A stretch of DNA of 64,000 bases from Geopsychrobacteraceae bacterium (GTDB taxonomy: Bacteria; Desulfobacterota; Desulfuromonadia; Desulfuromonadales; Geopsychrobacteraceae), in NCBI GenBank assembly GCA_963662315.1, contig OY759353.1, positions 1,632,001 through 1,696,000 of the forward strand. The letters run 5' to 3'. Positions 10,824-21,753 of the stretch are shown one piece after another; the first letter of the stretch is position 1, and each line of letters starts with the position of its first letter. The notes below the pieces were generated by a model, which saw only the letters and a list, made by a program, of their open reading frames with translations, searched no databases and was not told the DNA's origin. The position numbers and the translations under genes are program-made.

Positions 10824-12074
10824 TTATTCTATCTTTGGCATACGTACAACAGCTTGATAAAAATCGCGATTACGAGGCCCCGGGCAAGCGTTATGCAACA
10901 ACAGCCCATAGGTCCGGGTCGCCGTCAGTTCCAGCTGTAACTGGCTTAAAGCCAGGTTATAGTCTCGCGAATCTGGGCCATAGTGTTTTTTCAAGGTGGC
11001 ATATATACGGGAGAAATTTTGAATCAGGGGTAATTCGCGTTGTTTGCGGGTCTGTGCGAGAAACCGCTCCCCTTTGCGGCTGGCCCCAAGCAAGTGCAAA
11101 TATCTCGGACCGGTCGACAATAAAGGCTGCACCTGCTCTGGTAGCCAGCCAAGTAATACTGCCATCAGCATGCGCTGAATGCGAGTCCGGGTAAACTGAC
11201 GGGATTTGATGGCGAGAATAAGATCTTCAAGGGTCGCGGCTCGATCTGCAGCGGCCACCAGGCGATTTTCAATTCCTCCCTCGACCAGCCAATAACGAGA
11301 CAACTCCCGTTGGTCCCGAAATAACTGTGCTGCCAACAACAGAAAACAGACCTGCTGAGAAAAATGATCTCTTTGTTCCAGAGCCTGTTGCAGAAGCGGG
11401 TAGCAGGAGTGTGGAACCAGCGCTGCAACGCTTTGCCTTGAGGCGATACGATGTCGAATGCCAGTGGCACTGGCAATTCCATGCGTACTACCGAAATCAT
11501 GATAACCGGCACCAGTGCGCTCGATGGTGTAAGGTTTAAGAGCGGCCTCCGACAGTTCAAGGGCTTTGAGATATTCAATCCCGAGGATATTGTTGGGCGT
11601 TGCCAGCACATGTGACTCCGCTGTGAACTGAGTCATGACTTCGGCCCGCGCGGCTGGGTAGCTTACGCCCTGCCTGAATAACCGGTTGGTCTCGGTCTCC
11701 AGTTCGTGTTCCCAGGACATTAACTGCCGGGCACAGTCCTGTAAAGACCGCAGGTCACCGGATTCACTACCAAAGCACAGGCTTTCAATGCCGCCAATCC
11801 CAGCCAGAGCCTGCACGCCACCACGGGCAAAGTCGGGAGCGCTGCTACAGGCCCAGGGCAGTGGCAGTTCAACAACAAGGTCAACACCGGCGCTCAAAGC
11901 CATGTGGGTCCGTAGCCACTTGTCAAACAGTGCCGGCTCACCACGCTGCAGAAAATGACCACTCATAACAGCGATGCTCACCCCGGCTCCGGTCAGCTGC
12001 TTACTCTGCTGCAGATGATAAAGGTGACCGTTATGAAACGGATTGTACTCGGTGATCAGGCCGACAGCATGCAT
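10824..12074 (-). CDS. tmcAL: tRNA(Met) cytidine acetate ligase TmcAL (YlbM-family nucleotidyltransferase)
   Basis: EYNPFHNGH (HIGH), SGHFLQRGEP, PNNILGIEY, SATGIR, TRIQR. Confidence 0.85.
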   Translation of the reverse strand: MHAVGLITEYNPFHNGHLYHLQQSKQLTGAGVSIAVMSGHFLQRGEPALFDKWLRTHMALSAGVDLVVELPLPWACSSAPDFARGGVQALAGIGGIESLCFGSESGDLRSLQDCARQLMSWEHELETETNRLFRQGVSYPAARAEVMTQFTAESHVLATPNNILGIEYLKALELSEAALKPYTIERTGAGYHDFGSTHGIASATGIRHRIASRQSVAALVPHSCYPLLQQALEQRDHFSQQVCFLLLAAQLFRDQRELSRYWLVEGGIENRLVAAADRAATLEDLILAIKSRQFTRTRIQRMLMAVLLGWLPEQVQPLLSTGPRYLHLLGASRKGERFLAQTRKQRELPLIQNFSRIYATLKKHYGPDSRDYNLALSQLQLELTATRTYGLLLHNACPGPRNRDFYQAVVRMPKIE

Positions 12075-12087
12075 AGGGTTTCAAATC

Positions 12088-12780
12088 TCACAGGATAACG
12101 GGGATAGCACAGTCAACCCTGTTATCTTCTTCAGTGACTCGCGTTTTATAAGCCAGCGCTTCGACACCTGCGGCCACAACTTCGCGCAGAATGCGCCCGT
12201 ACTCTGGATCAATATCATCAGCAGGAGAAAAGGCCGTAGCTTCCTGCCGCTGCACGAGAAAAAAGATCACCGAACGATAGCCCTGCTGTTTCGCCTCGAG
12301 GAGTTCCTTTAAATGCTTTTGCCCCCGGGTGGTGACCGCATCGGGAAAACAGGCGACCAGGCCAGGGGTACACAGAGTGACATTTTTAACCTCTACCAGC
12401 ACCTTCTGCTCGGGCGACGCAAGCATGAAATCGATGCGACTGGCTCCAATACTGAATTCTGGTGTCACCTGGAAACCACTCAGACTTTCGACCCAGCCAT
12501 GGCGTAAAGCTTCTTCAACAACACGATTAGTCCGTTGCGTGTGGGTATCGACCCAGTGCTCACCAACCCGAATAAGCTCAAGAGTGTAAGGCAGTTTACG
12601 CTGCGGGTTGGAGGACTGAGACACCAGAACCTTATAGCCGGGAACAGCGCATTGTTTCATGCTTCCCGTATTGGGTGTATGCGCGGTCACGATACGACCA
12701 TCGGCAAGCTCAACATCGGTTAGAAAGCGTTTGTAGCGACGAATCAGGGTTCCCTCTAATAGAGGGCTGGGAAGTTTCAT
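12088..12780 (-). CDS. sfsA: DNA/RNA nuclease SfsA
   Basis: RRYKRFL, HTPNTGSM, SRIDF, VEVKNVTL, FPDAVTTRGQKHL. Confidence 0.93.
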   Translation of the reverse strand: MKLPSPLLEGTLIRRYKRFLTDVELADGRIVTAHTPNTGSMKQCAVPGYKVLVSQSSNPQRKLPYTLELIRVGEHWVDTHTQRTNRVVEEALRHGWVESLSGFQVTPEFSIGASRIDFMLASPEQKVLVEVKNVTLCTPGLVACFPDAVTTRGQKHLKELLEAKQQGYRSVIFFLVQRQEATAFSPADDIDPEYGRILREVVAAGVEALAYKTRVTEEDNRVDCAIPVIL

Positions 12781-12933
12781 AGTCAACAGCTCCATTGTTA
12801 TAAACGGGCACCATTCTAACCAGAGGTGCCAGCCCCAGCAAGTAACAATTCTTGCCAATCACAAACGTTGATCGTATAGTTCCCCATCATCCCAAACATA
12901 TGCAATTCCCCACTTTCAAAACGAGGTGATTCC

Positions 12934-14571
12934 ATGACCGAGAATCTGATCCAGCGTACAGCTTCGGCCTATACCTATCCCCTGTTGATAAAAAACCTGC
13001 TGCAGTCACCAATTGTCGATGACCCCCAACAGGAAATCATCTACCGCGACCAGGCCCGTTTCTCTTATGCCGAATTCCGTCAACGTATCTGCCGACTCGC
13101 TAACGCCTTGACCAATATGGGGGTCAAAGCCGGTGATACTGTGGCCGTCATGGATTGGGACAGTCATCGTTATCTCGAATGCTTTTACGCCGTCCCCATG
13201 CTCGGCGCGGTTTTGCATACGGTCAATATCCGCCTGTCCCCGGAACAGATCCTTTACACCATTGATCATGCCGAGGATGACTACCTGCTCATCAACGAAG
13301 AATTTCTGCCCCTTCTGGAACAGATAAAAGGGCGTATCGACACGGTCAAGGAATTCGTCCTGCTGCAGGACGGCATCCAGCAGCCGGAGACCTCCATCAA
13401 CTTTGTCGGAGAATACGAAGACCTGCTGATGGCAGGAGATGACCACTTTGCCTTCGCAGATTTTGACGAAAACACCCGGGCGACAACCTTCTACAGCACC
13501 GGCACCACCGGCATGCCCAAAGGGGTCTATTTCAGCCACCGGCAACTGGTCCTGCATACCCTGGGCGGCATTGCCGCTTTGGGCACCGTCCTTAATCAGG
13601 GGCGCCTGCATCAGGGTGATGTCTACATGCCGATCACGCCCATGTTTCACGTCCATGCCTGGGGAATTCCCTACATGGCCACCGCTCTTGGTCTGAAACA
13701 GGTTTATCCGGGCAAGTACACCCCGGATATGCTGCTGAAACTGATCGACAAGGAGCATGTCACGTTTTCCCACTGCGTACCGACGATTCTGCATCTGCTG
13801 ATGAATCATCCCCTGTTCAAAGAAATCGATTTTTCTTCATGGAAGGTTCTGATTGGCGGTGCCGCATTGCCTAAAACCATGTGCAAAGCGATGCTGGAAC
13901 GCGGTATCGATGTTTATTCCGGTTACGGCATGTCTGAGACGTGCCCAATTCTGACCATAGCTCATGTGACCGAGGCAGATTTAACCACGGATGAAGAGAT
14001 TGAAATCCGCTGTAAAACCGGCCGCCCGCTGCCGCTGGTCGACTTGCGCATTGTTGATGAACGGATGGAGGACATTCCAGCTGATGCATCGAGCGTTGGC
14101 GAAATTGTTGTCCGTAGTCCCTGGCTGACTCAAGGCTACCTGAAAGACCAGCGTAATTCTGAAACCCTGTGGCGCGGAGGGTACCTGCACACTGGTGATG
14201 TCGCCAGCAAAGATAAAAATAATTACGTAAAAATTACCGATCGGATCAAAGACGTCATCAAGATTGGCGGCGAGTGGATCTCTTCATTGGAAATTGAAGA
14301 CATCCTGAATGCCCACCCGGCGGTTGCAGAGGTTGCCGTTATCGGCCTGCCCGATCAGAAATGGGGCGAAAAACCCTTGGCTCTGATCGTCAAAAAAGCC
14401 GAAGTGGAAGTCACAGAAAAAGAGCTGATTCGGCATATCCGCAGCTTTATCGACAAAGGGATGATTTCGAAACAGATCGTTCTGATCAAGCTGCAGTTCG
14501 TCGAAACCATTGAAAAGACCAGCGTCGGAAAAACCAATAAACGGGTGCTCAGAGAAATCTTCAATCATTAA
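12934..14571 (+). CDS. Fatty acid--CoA ligase (AlkK/DmdB-like AMP-binding enzyme)
   Basis: [38 protein letters not shown]. Confidence 0.9.
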   Translation: MTENLIQRTASAYTYPLLIKNLLQSPIVDDPQQEIIYRDQARFSYAEFRQRICRLANALTNMGVKAGDTVAVMDWDSHRYLECFYAVPMLGAVLHTVNIRLSPEQILYTIDHAEDDYLLINEEFLPLLEQIKGRIDTVKEFVLLQDGIQQPETSINFVGEYEDLLMAGDDHFAFADFDENTRATTFYSTGTTGMPKGVYFSHRQLVLHTLGGIAALGTVLNQGRLHQGDVYMPITPMFHVHAWGIPYMATALGLKQVYPGKYTPDMLLKLIDKEHVTFSHCVPTILHLLMNHPLFKEIDFSSWKVLIGGAALPKTMCKAMLERGIDVYSGYGMSETCPILTIAHVTEADLTTDEEIEIRCKTGRPLPLVDLRIVDERMEDIPADASSVGEIVVRSPWLTQGYLKDQRNSETLWRGGYLHTGDVASKDKNNYVKITDRIKDVIKIGGEWISSLEIEDILNAHPAVAEVAVIGLPDQKWGEKPLALIVKKAEVEVTEKELIRHIRSFIDKGMISKQIVLIKLQFVETIEKTSVGKTNKRVLREIFNH

Positions 14572-14583
14572 AAAGTATAGGAA

Positions 14584-14616
14584 CCAGCCATATGCGCATT
14601 GAGCGGATATGGCTGG
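14584..14616. terminator. Inverted repeat between convergent acyl-CoA ligase and ald
   Basis: ccagccatat...atatggctgg. Confidence 0.55.
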
Positions 14617-14639
14617 CTGCCTATACTTCGCGACTCCAA

Positions 14640-15752
14640 TTAAAGCAGGACCTCTGCGGCAACCAGATCAATATTAAAAGCCTCGGCAACGCCCGGGTAG
14701 CATACCTTGCCAGCAACAATGTTCAAGCCTTCCTGAATCCCGCTGTCTATCGTCGCAGCAATTTTCCAACCCAAATCTGCCAGCTTGACCGCATAAGGCA
14801 GAGTGGCGTTGGTCAGGGCCATGGTCGAAGTCAAGGGGACAGCACCAGGCATATTGGCAACACAATAATGGACAACGCCATCAATGACATAAGTCGGCTC
14901 AGTGTGAGTCGTCGGCTGTGATGTCTCAAAACAGCCCCCCTGATCGATAGCGACATCGACCATCACCGCACCAGGTTTCATCGTCTTCAACATGTCCCGG
15001 GTCACCAGCTTGGGAGCTTTGGCACCGTGAACCAGCACCGCCCCGATAACCAGGTCCGCTTCCTTGACCAGATCACGCAGTGTCGCGGGAGAGGACATCA
15101 GAGGAAAACAGTTCTTCGGCATGATTTCGGCCAGGTGACGTAATCGCTCCAGGTTCATGTCCAGCAGATAAACCTTGGCGCCCAGTCCCGCAGCCATAGT
15201 TGCCGCATGGGTTCCAACCACTCCACCACCAATGACAACGACGGTTGCGGGTGCGACGCCCGGTACACCACCCATCAAAATCCCGCGCCCCCCTTGCGAG
15301 CGCTCCAGGTACTTGGCCCCTTCCTGGGCGGCCATCCGCCCGGCAACTTCACTCATGGGGGTCAGCAGAGGCAGACCGCCTTCCGGAGTTGCAATCGTTT
15401 CGTAGGCCACGCACACAGCCTGGCTGTCAATCATCGCCTTGGTCAGTTTTTCATCAGCAGCAAAGTGAAAATAGGTAAAGACAATCTGACCCGGACGGAT
15501 CAGCCTGTATTCACTCGGTTGCGGTTCCTTAACGTGCATAACCATTTCCGCTGCAGCATAAATAGCCGCCGGGTCTGTCACGATTTCAGCCCCCGCCTCC
15601 AGATAAGCCGCGTCAGCAAAACCACTGCCGATACCGGCCCCTTTCTCAACCAGTACTGTGTGTCCGTGAGACGTCATGACTTCAACACCTGAAGGTGTCA
15701 TGGCAACACGATTTTCTTCAACTTTGATTTCTTTCAAAACACCGATAACCAT
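14640..15752 (-). CDS. ald: Alanine dehydrogenase
   Basis: KEIK..ENRV, HVKEP, PMSEVAGR, GGGVVG, DQGGCFETS, YCVANMPG. Confidence 0.95.
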   Translation of the reverse strand: MVIGVLKEIKVEENRVAMTPSGVEVMTSHGHTVLVEKGAGIGSGFADAAYLEAGAEIVTDPAAIYAAAEMVMHVKEPQPSEYRLIRPGQIVFTYFHFAADEKLTKAMIDSQAVCVAYETIATPEGGLPLLTPMSEVAGRMAAQEGAKYLERSQGGRGILMGGVPGVAPATVVVIGGGVVGTHAATMAAGLGAKVYLLDMNLERLRHLAEIMPKNCFPLMSSPATLRDLVKEADLVIGAVLVHGAKAPKLVTRDMLKTMKPGAVMVDVAIDQGGCFETSQPTTHTEPTYVIDGVVHYCVANMPGAVPLTSTMALTNATLPYAVKLADLGWKIAATIDSGIQEGLNIVAGKVCYPGVAEAFNIDLVAAEVLL

Positions 15753-15954
15753 GATGCTCTCCTTTATACAAGAGAAGGATAGAAAACAGATGGGTCACAT
15801 ATATCTGGGTGCTTCGGTACCAAGGCTCTGCCCAGTCTGAAGGTATGGCAACTTTAATATAATTTTCATTTTACCAACAAATTCGCGCAACGTCCTTGCA
15901 AGTTTCATGTTTTTTTCTCTGGACGACGCAGGATTCCGTCACTATTATTCAAAC

Positions 15955-16431
15955 ATGTCAAATAATCAGCGAAAAATTATCCTCGACAGTATCGATATCA
16001 AGATTCTTTCCGCTCTACAGAAAGATGGCAAGCTCAGCTACGTTCAACTTGCAGCACTGGCGGGGCTGTCTGAATCGGCGTGTCTCAGGCGGGTGCGTCT
16101 GCTTGAAGAACAGGGTATTATCGATCGCTATGTCATGCTGCTTAATCAGGCGGCCATAGGTAAACCGGGGACGGTATTCGTTCAGGTCACCCTTGATGGT
16201 CAACAGCAGGACAAATTACAGCGCTTCGAAAGGGAGATCGGTCAGGTGACTGAAGTCATGGAATGCTACCTGATGGCTGGAGACAGCGATTTCCTGCTGC
16301 GTATTATCATTCGCGATAATGACGATTACCTGCGTATTCACAATCGTCTCACCAGCCTGCCGGGAGTCCTCAGGGTCCAGAGTTCATTCGCCCTGAAAAC
16401 CATCCTCAGAAAAACCGAACTGCCTCTTTAG
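15955..16431 (+). CDS. Lrp/AsnC family regulator divergent from ald (AldR-like role inferred)
   Basis: LDSIDIKIL..LQKDG, GLSESACLRRV..LEEQGII, ECYLMAGDSDF. Confidence 0.9.
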   Translation: MSNNQRKIILDSIDIKILSALQKDGKLSYVQLAALAGLSESACLRRVRLLEEQGIIDRYVMLLNQAAIGKPGTVFVQVTLDGQQQDKLQRFEREIGQVTEVMECYLMAGDSDFLLRIIIRDNDDYLRIHNRLTSLPGVLRVQSSFALKTILRKTELPL

Positions 16432-16559
16432 CCTCGGTAGCCCCAAAACAGCCAAGAAATACAGAAATCTCTGCCCAGCGGTTCAGTTTTGGAGAAGAAA
16501 TCATGGATAATGGCCGTAAGATCAGGTCGATCCTGTAAATCTTTTCAGAAGGAGCAGCT

Positions 16560-16718
16560 ATGAAGATAACCGGCTTAACCCTGTTACTCCTTGCCTGTTT
16601 ATTCTTTTCGCCAGCCCTGTCTTGTTCATTCGACAACCAGGCGGCGCTTGGCCACCTTATGCAAACCAAAGCCGTTTTTGATGTCAACCAGGGGTATGCT
16701 TTTATTCCAATGGAGTGA
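16560..16718 (+). pseudogene. 52-aa ORF resembling the fused N- and C-termini of a secreted DsrE-like protein (internal deletion)
   Basis: AAGGAG SD; signal peptide; KAVFDVNQG directly followed by YAFIPME*; absent from ORF track. Confidence 0.45.
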
Positions 16719-16806
16719 GCGTATGCGAAAGATTAAAATTAACAAGTGATTATTAAAATCTTCTGTGATATGTTTTTCTTTTTGACATTTTCACGTAGAG
16801 GATTAA

Positions 16807-19497
16807 ATGCGAGCGCTTAATTCTTATCGCTATCTATGGTCAATACTTGTCAACCTGGCACTGATTATAATCGTTTTACCTGCTTCCGTGTCCTGTGCCG
16901 CCCCTCCGTTACGCCATATCCTCTTCCTCAATTCTTATCATCAGACCATGGGCTGGTCGAAAAACATTCTTGCTGCAGTTCTCGACGAACTTGATCCTGA
17001 CAATAATAATATTGCCGTGAACATTTTCAATATGGACACCAAGAATACCTTTAGCGATGAATACCTTAAAGAGCTTGCTACCTTCTTAAAGGTCAAAACC
17101 AAAGGGATTCAGCCTGATCTGATTATTGCCTCGGACAATAACGCTTACGACTTTTTAAAACAATACCGGGATAGCCTGTTCCCGGCGGTACCGGTTGTCT
17201 TTTGCAGTGTCAATAATCTGGACATTGACGAAGCGCAGAAACTGGCCGGATATACCGGGGTCGAAGAAATTTTCAATGCACCAAAAACATTGGATCTGGC
17301 GCTCAGTCTCCACCCGAAGACACAAGAAATCCTGATCATCAATGATTATCTGACCTCCGGCAGAGCCGTAAAGGACGAGATCAAACGCCAGCTTGAATCT
17401 TACCCGGGGAAGGTAAAAATCAGCTATGCCGAAAAAGGTCCGGTTGAGCAGATCAATGCCAAAGTCCGAGCCTTGGGTCCCAACAGTATCGTCCTGCTCG
17501 GAGCTTATTACTCAGACCAGACGCACAGGCACATTGCCGGCTACGAAAAAATGGGGCCGCTGCTAATGGAAGGGACGACTGTCCCGGCCTATGCGTTATA
17601 TGACTTCCATGTCCATGAAGGGGTTATTGGCGGCAAGGTTGCCAGTGCTTACCAGCAGGGGAAGATGGCGGCGGAGCTGGCTCGCCGAATTCTCAGCGGC
17701 GAAAGCACCGATGCCATCCCCATCGTGCGCAGCGGCACAACAGAATATCTTTTCAATTATGCGGAACTGGCCAGGCATTCCATCAAACTCAGCGCATTAC
17801 CTACCAACAGTAAAATCATCAATCAACCCTTTACTGTTTTTCAAATCTATAAAAAGGAAATCGTAATCTTCGCAGTTTTTGTCGGTCTGCTGCTGATTGT
17901 TATCTGCCTGCTGCTGATCAATATTCAGCATCGCCAGCGCATTGAAGCTCAACTGAGAGAGAGTGAACTCAAACTCAAAACCATTTTCAATCAGGCCTAC
18001 GCGTTTATCGGCCTGTTAACCCCTCAGGGAACCGTCATTGATGTCAACCAGCCAAGTCTCAATTTCTGCCAGGTCAAAATAACCGATGTCGTAAACAAAC
18101 CATTTGCAGAAACCCCCTGGTTTAATCACTCTGAACACGTCAAAAGCCAACTTACAGAGAATCTCAAAGCTGCCGCCAAGGGGCAGGTCATCAATTTTGA
18201 AACCATCCATCCGGCAAACGGGACACCACATATCTTCGCTGCCACCCTGTCGCCGATCTTTAATGAAACGGGCCAGGTCGTATTTCTACTGTGTGAAGGG
18301 CGGGATATCACTGCTCAGAAAAATGCTGAGGTGGAAAAACAGAAAATCGCCGAACAACTGCGGCAGACACACAAAATGGAAGCATTGGGGACCTTTGCCA
18401 GTGGCATTGCTCACGACTTCAACAATATACTCTCAGCCGTACTCGGCTTCACCGAGCTCAATCTCATCAGCAGCGACTGTCACGGCTCCATACGGGAGCA
18501 TTCCGAACATATTAAGTCCGCAGCATTACGCGGCCGCGGATTGATTCAGCAGATCCTGACTTTTTGTCGCAAAGAAACAGCAACCCCCGAACCGTTTGAA
18601 ATCCATCGGGTCGTCACAGAAGCATTGCAGCTGGTACGCAACAATATCCCGGATCGGATTGTCATCCAGGCCGATATCGATGAGGCAACCGGCTGGATTC
18701 TGGCAGATGAAACCCAGTTGCATCAGATCGTCATGAACCTGTGCACCAATGCATCCCATGCCATGGAAGAGGGCACGGGGGTAATAACCGTGTGTCTGAA
18801 TAAAGATACATTTTCGGTCACCAACCTTCCTCCGTTAGCTGAATTAACCCTTGGCCTGTATGCCCGCCTGGTTATATCGGATACAGGCAAAGGAATGACG
18901 GCAGAAATCAAAAAGAAGATTTTCGATCCTTTCTTTACCACCAAGCCCCTGGGAACCGGAACCGGCCTCGGCCTGGCGATTGTCCACGGTATTATCAAGA
19001 AACTTGAGGGGGGTATCCAGCTCGACAGTGAACCTGGTAAGGGGACAACCTTTACCCTATGGATTCCACTAAAAGATCATCAACCGGATCAGCTGAATAG
19101 TATGCCATCACCAACCATGGCGGCAGAGAATAGCCATCATATTCTCTGGGTTGACGATGAAAAAATCCTGATGACCCTTGGTCAAGAGATGATAAAAGCA
19201 CTGAATTATCAGGTCACCACGGCCGCCTCCGCGCAGGAGGCGTTGACGCTGTTCCAGGGTCATCCTGGCCGTTACCAGATGGTGATTACCGATCAGACCA
19301 TGCCAGGCATGTCTGGTATAGAACTGAGTCAGACCCTTATGCAGATCAACCCTGAGCTACCAGTCATCCTGTGTACCGGAAACAGCTTCTCTATCCCCCC
19401 GGAAACGGCTGCTGAATCAGGAATCAAAGCCTTTTTAACCAAACCCCTGAAGATGGAGAGCCTGGCTCTGGAGATTCAAAAACATTTGCCGCCCTGA
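16807..19497 (+). CDS. Hybrid sensor histidine kinase (ABC-SBP-like periplasmic domain, PAS, HisKA, HATPase, REC)
   Basis: GIAHDFNNIL, NLCTNA, DTGKG, PFFTTK, GTGLGL; receiver VDDE/TDQTMPG/KP. Confidence 0.92.
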   Translation: MRALNSYRYLWSILVNLALIIIVLPASVSCAAPPLRHILFLNSYHQTMGWSKNILAAVLDELDPDNNNIAVNIFNMDTKNTFSDEYLKELATFLKVKTKGIQPDLIIASDNNAYDFLKQYRDSLFPAVPVVFCSVNNLDIDEAQKLAGYTGVEEIFNAPKTLDLALSLHPKTQEILIINDYLTSGRAVKDEIKRQLESYPGKVKISYAEKGPVEQINAKVRALGPNSIVLLGAYYSDQTHRHIAGYEKMGPLLMEGTTVPAYALYDFHVHEGVIGGKVASAYQQGKMAAELARRILSGESTDAIPIVRSGTTEYLFNYAELARHSIKLSALPTNSKIINQPFTVFQIYKKEIVIFAVFVGLLLIVICLLLINIQHRQRIEAQLRESELKLKTIFNQAYAFIGLLTPQGTVIDVNQPSLNFCQVKITDVVNKPFAETPWFNHSEHVKSQLTENLKAAAKGQVINFETIHPANGTPHIFAATLSPIFNETGQVVFLLCEGRDITAQKNAEVEKQKIAEQLRQTHKMEALGTFASGIAHDFNNILSAVLGFTELNLISSDCHGSIREHSEHIKSAALRGRGLIQQILTFCRKETATPEPFEIHRVVTEALQLVRNNIPDRIVIQADIDEATGWILADETQLHQIVMNLCTNASHAMEEGTGVITVCLNKDTFSVTNLPPLAELTLGLYARLVISDTGKGMTAEIKKKIFDPFFTTKPLGTGTGLGLAIVHGIIKKLEGGIQLDSEPGKGTTFTLWIPLKDHQPDQLNSMPSPTMAAENSHHILWVDDEKILMTLGQEMIKALNYQVTTAASAQEALTLFQGHPGRYQMVITDQTMPGMSGIELSQTLMQINPELPVILCTGNSFSIPPETAAESGIKAFLTKPLKMESLALEIQKHLPP

Positions 19498-19516
19498 CCC
19501 CATAAGTTCAGGTCTG

Positions 19517-20404
19517 TCAAAGAATACTCTTACCAAATAATGACGCTAACAGTTTAACGGCAATCTGAGCGGTGCGGTTGCCCAGGTCAAGAATCGGATT
19601 GATTTCGACAATATCGACTGAGCGTACCTTGCCACTGTCAGCAATAATTTCCATCAGCAGCTGCGCTTCGCGATAAGTCAATCCCCCAGGGCTCTGAGTT
19701 CCAACCCCGGGAGCCTCATTGGGATCGAGGCTGTCCATGTCAAAACTGACATGCAGATGCGTACGATTGCGCAGCCAGGTTAATGCTTCGCGAGCAATGG
19801 TTCCCATGCCGCGCTCATCGATATCGCGCATGGTATAAATTTTTACACCGCTCTGTTTAAGCCACGCCTTTTCGCCAGGGTCCAGCTCACGAATGCCGAT
19901 CATAACCAGGTCCTCCCCCTGCAGTTTGGCCCCAGGCCGGCCGATATTCACCAGTTCCTGAATCCCCGAACCCAGTAAGGTTGCCACCGGCATACCATGG
20001 ACATTGCCGGACGGAGATGTCTGTGGAGTGTTGGCATCGCCATGTGCATCAATCCAAAGAACACCCACTCTGGTGTGACTCGAGACCCCACCGATAGTTC
20101 CTATCGCCAGAGAGTGATCTCCCCCTAAAAACAGGGGCATCGCCCCCTGCTGAAGAGATAGGACCGCCGATTCATAGGCAGCCTGACAGACATGGCGAAT
20201 GGCGTCGGCAAAGGAGGCCGAGCAATCTTCCTGCAGACAGTTGCGGACCGGCACATAAAGATTTCCAGAGTCATGAATGTGGTAGCCGAGCTGCTCCAGC
20301 GTCCGTGCCAACCCGGCATAACGCACAGCACTGGGCCCCATATCCACACCCCGCTGGTCCTGCCCCAGATCAATAGGAACGCCAATAATACGGATAGATT
20401 TCAT
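19517..20404 (-). CDS. rocF: Arginase
   Basis: [32 protein letters not shown]. Confidence 0.93.
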   Translation of the reverse strand: MKSIRIIGVPIDLGQDQRGVDMGPSAVRYAGLARTLEQLGYHIHDSGNLYVPVRNCLQEDCSASFADAIRHVCQAAYESAVLSLQQGAMPLFLGGDHSLAIGTIGGVSSHTRVGVLWIDAHGDANTPQTSPSGNVHGMPVATLLGSGIQELVNIGRPGAKLQGEDLVMIGIRELDPGEKAWLKQSGVKIYTMRDIDERGMGTIAREALTWLRNRTHLHVSFDMDSLDPNEAPGVGTQSPGGLTYREAQLLMEIIADSGKVRSVDIVEINPILDLGNRTAQIAVKLLASLFGKSIL

Positions 20405-20453
20405 AAATAGCTCCAAAACCTGACGGGGCTGCACAAGCAGGCACGCCAATCGC

Positions 20454-21551
20454 TCATGGTTTCAGGTTGTTCCAGAGATTGGTCATGAAATCCTGAACAT
20501 TGGTCAGAATTGCGACGGCCTGGGCCGAACCTCGGTTGGCCAGTTTGTCAGCGCTGAATTCGGTCATATCAACAATATAGAAGTAAACCGGCCGGACCGA
20601 GCCATCCGGCATAATCCGATAACTGGGAACCATGTTGCCAAAAGCGATGGAGTGCAGTTGGGTCGCCAGGGCAATCACCGTGGTTGCCTTACGCGCATGC
20701 ACACGCATAGCATCCTGAGCGGCATAAACGTTACCCAGCACTTCCGGTAACGGGCCATCGTCGCGAATTGAGCCCGCCAGGACATAAGGAATTTGGTGTT
20801 TTTCACAGGCGTACATAATGCCATCCTGCAGGTTCAGGGCTGCAATAGTCCCGGCGATTGAACCATTTCGCCGGACCTCGTTGAGAATATCGAGGTGGTT
20901 GTAGTGCCCCAGCGGCTGCAACGTCTGGGAATAAATATTCTGTCCGAGGCCGGTCTGAAAACAGGCCGCTTCCAGATCATGGGTTGCCAGCGCATTACCT
21001 GCCAGCAAAGCGTGACAGTAGCCGGTCTCAATCATCCCCTGCATGGCGTGTCGACTGTCTTTGTCAAAGGCAACAGCCGGCCCTAAAACCCAGGCGATAT
21101 AGCCATAATCACGGTCATGCCGCAAAATCCGGTAAAGATCATCGTAGGAACGAGAGAAGGGAGTTTCCCTGGTCCCGCGGGTCCGGAACGAAAATTTGTC
21201 AACAGCATCGGCTGTCAGTCCACGGAATCCTTCGGTATGCACGTAGATCCCCTCTTCTCCGTTCTCAGTCCTGCCGACAGCCACCAGGTCACCCTGCTTG
21301 ACCGTTCTGGCCTCGGCAACCCTCACTTCGTCCCCTTTAAGCACCAGAACAGCATCCATTCGACTTTCTGGAGCCAGGACCCAGGTCCCGTGCTGTAACT
21401 TGACGTATTCGGGATGATTGGAAGTCCCGTGATAATTCTTAGGCACCACACCATCCTGCGGTGCAGGAACAAACTGGGCAACAGGCGCATCAACAAAATT
21501 CGGCAAAGAAAAATCGGGAGCATGGTAAAGCGGAATTAATGGGGCAGACAT
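20454..21551 (-). CDS. LOR/SDH-domain protein resembling the C-terminal ornithine cyclodeaminase region of ArgZ/AgrE
   Basis: SRMDAV, GNALATHDLE, LAGSIRDDGPLP, LHSIAFGNM, KLANRGS; directly upstream of arginase. Confidence 0.75.
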   Translation of the reverse strand: MSAPLIPLYHAPDFSLPNFVDAPVAQFVPAPQDGVVPKNYHGTSNHPEYVKLQHGTWVLAPESRMDAVLVLKGDEVRVAEARTVKQGDLVAVGRTENGEEGIYVHTEGFRGLTADAVDKFSFRTRGTRETPFSRSYDDLYRILRHDRDYGYIAWVLGPAVAFDKDSRHAMQGMIETGYCHALLAGNALATHDLEAACFQTGLGQNIYSQTLQPLGHYNHLDILNEVRRNGSIAGTIAALNLQDGIMYACEKHQIPYVLAGSIRDDGPLPEVLGNVYAAQDAMRVHARKATTVIALATQLHSIAFGNMVPSYRIMPDGSVRPVYFYIVDMTEFSADKLANRGSAQAVAILTNVQDFMTNLWNNLKP

Positions 21552-21753
21552 CAGTCATACTCCTTTCACAATACGCGGAACAACCATTGGCAACAGAGCC
21601 TGAACGAATAATGGAACAACATTCAGAGCAACACTTCCCTTCTTTCATGGTAGCGGAAAATGGCCGATCAGCAAGCGAACAGCAACTGAATTCCTGGGTT
21701 AAGAAATGTTTCCGATTATTGGTTATACTTATGCGAGAACATAAGGAGGAAAT

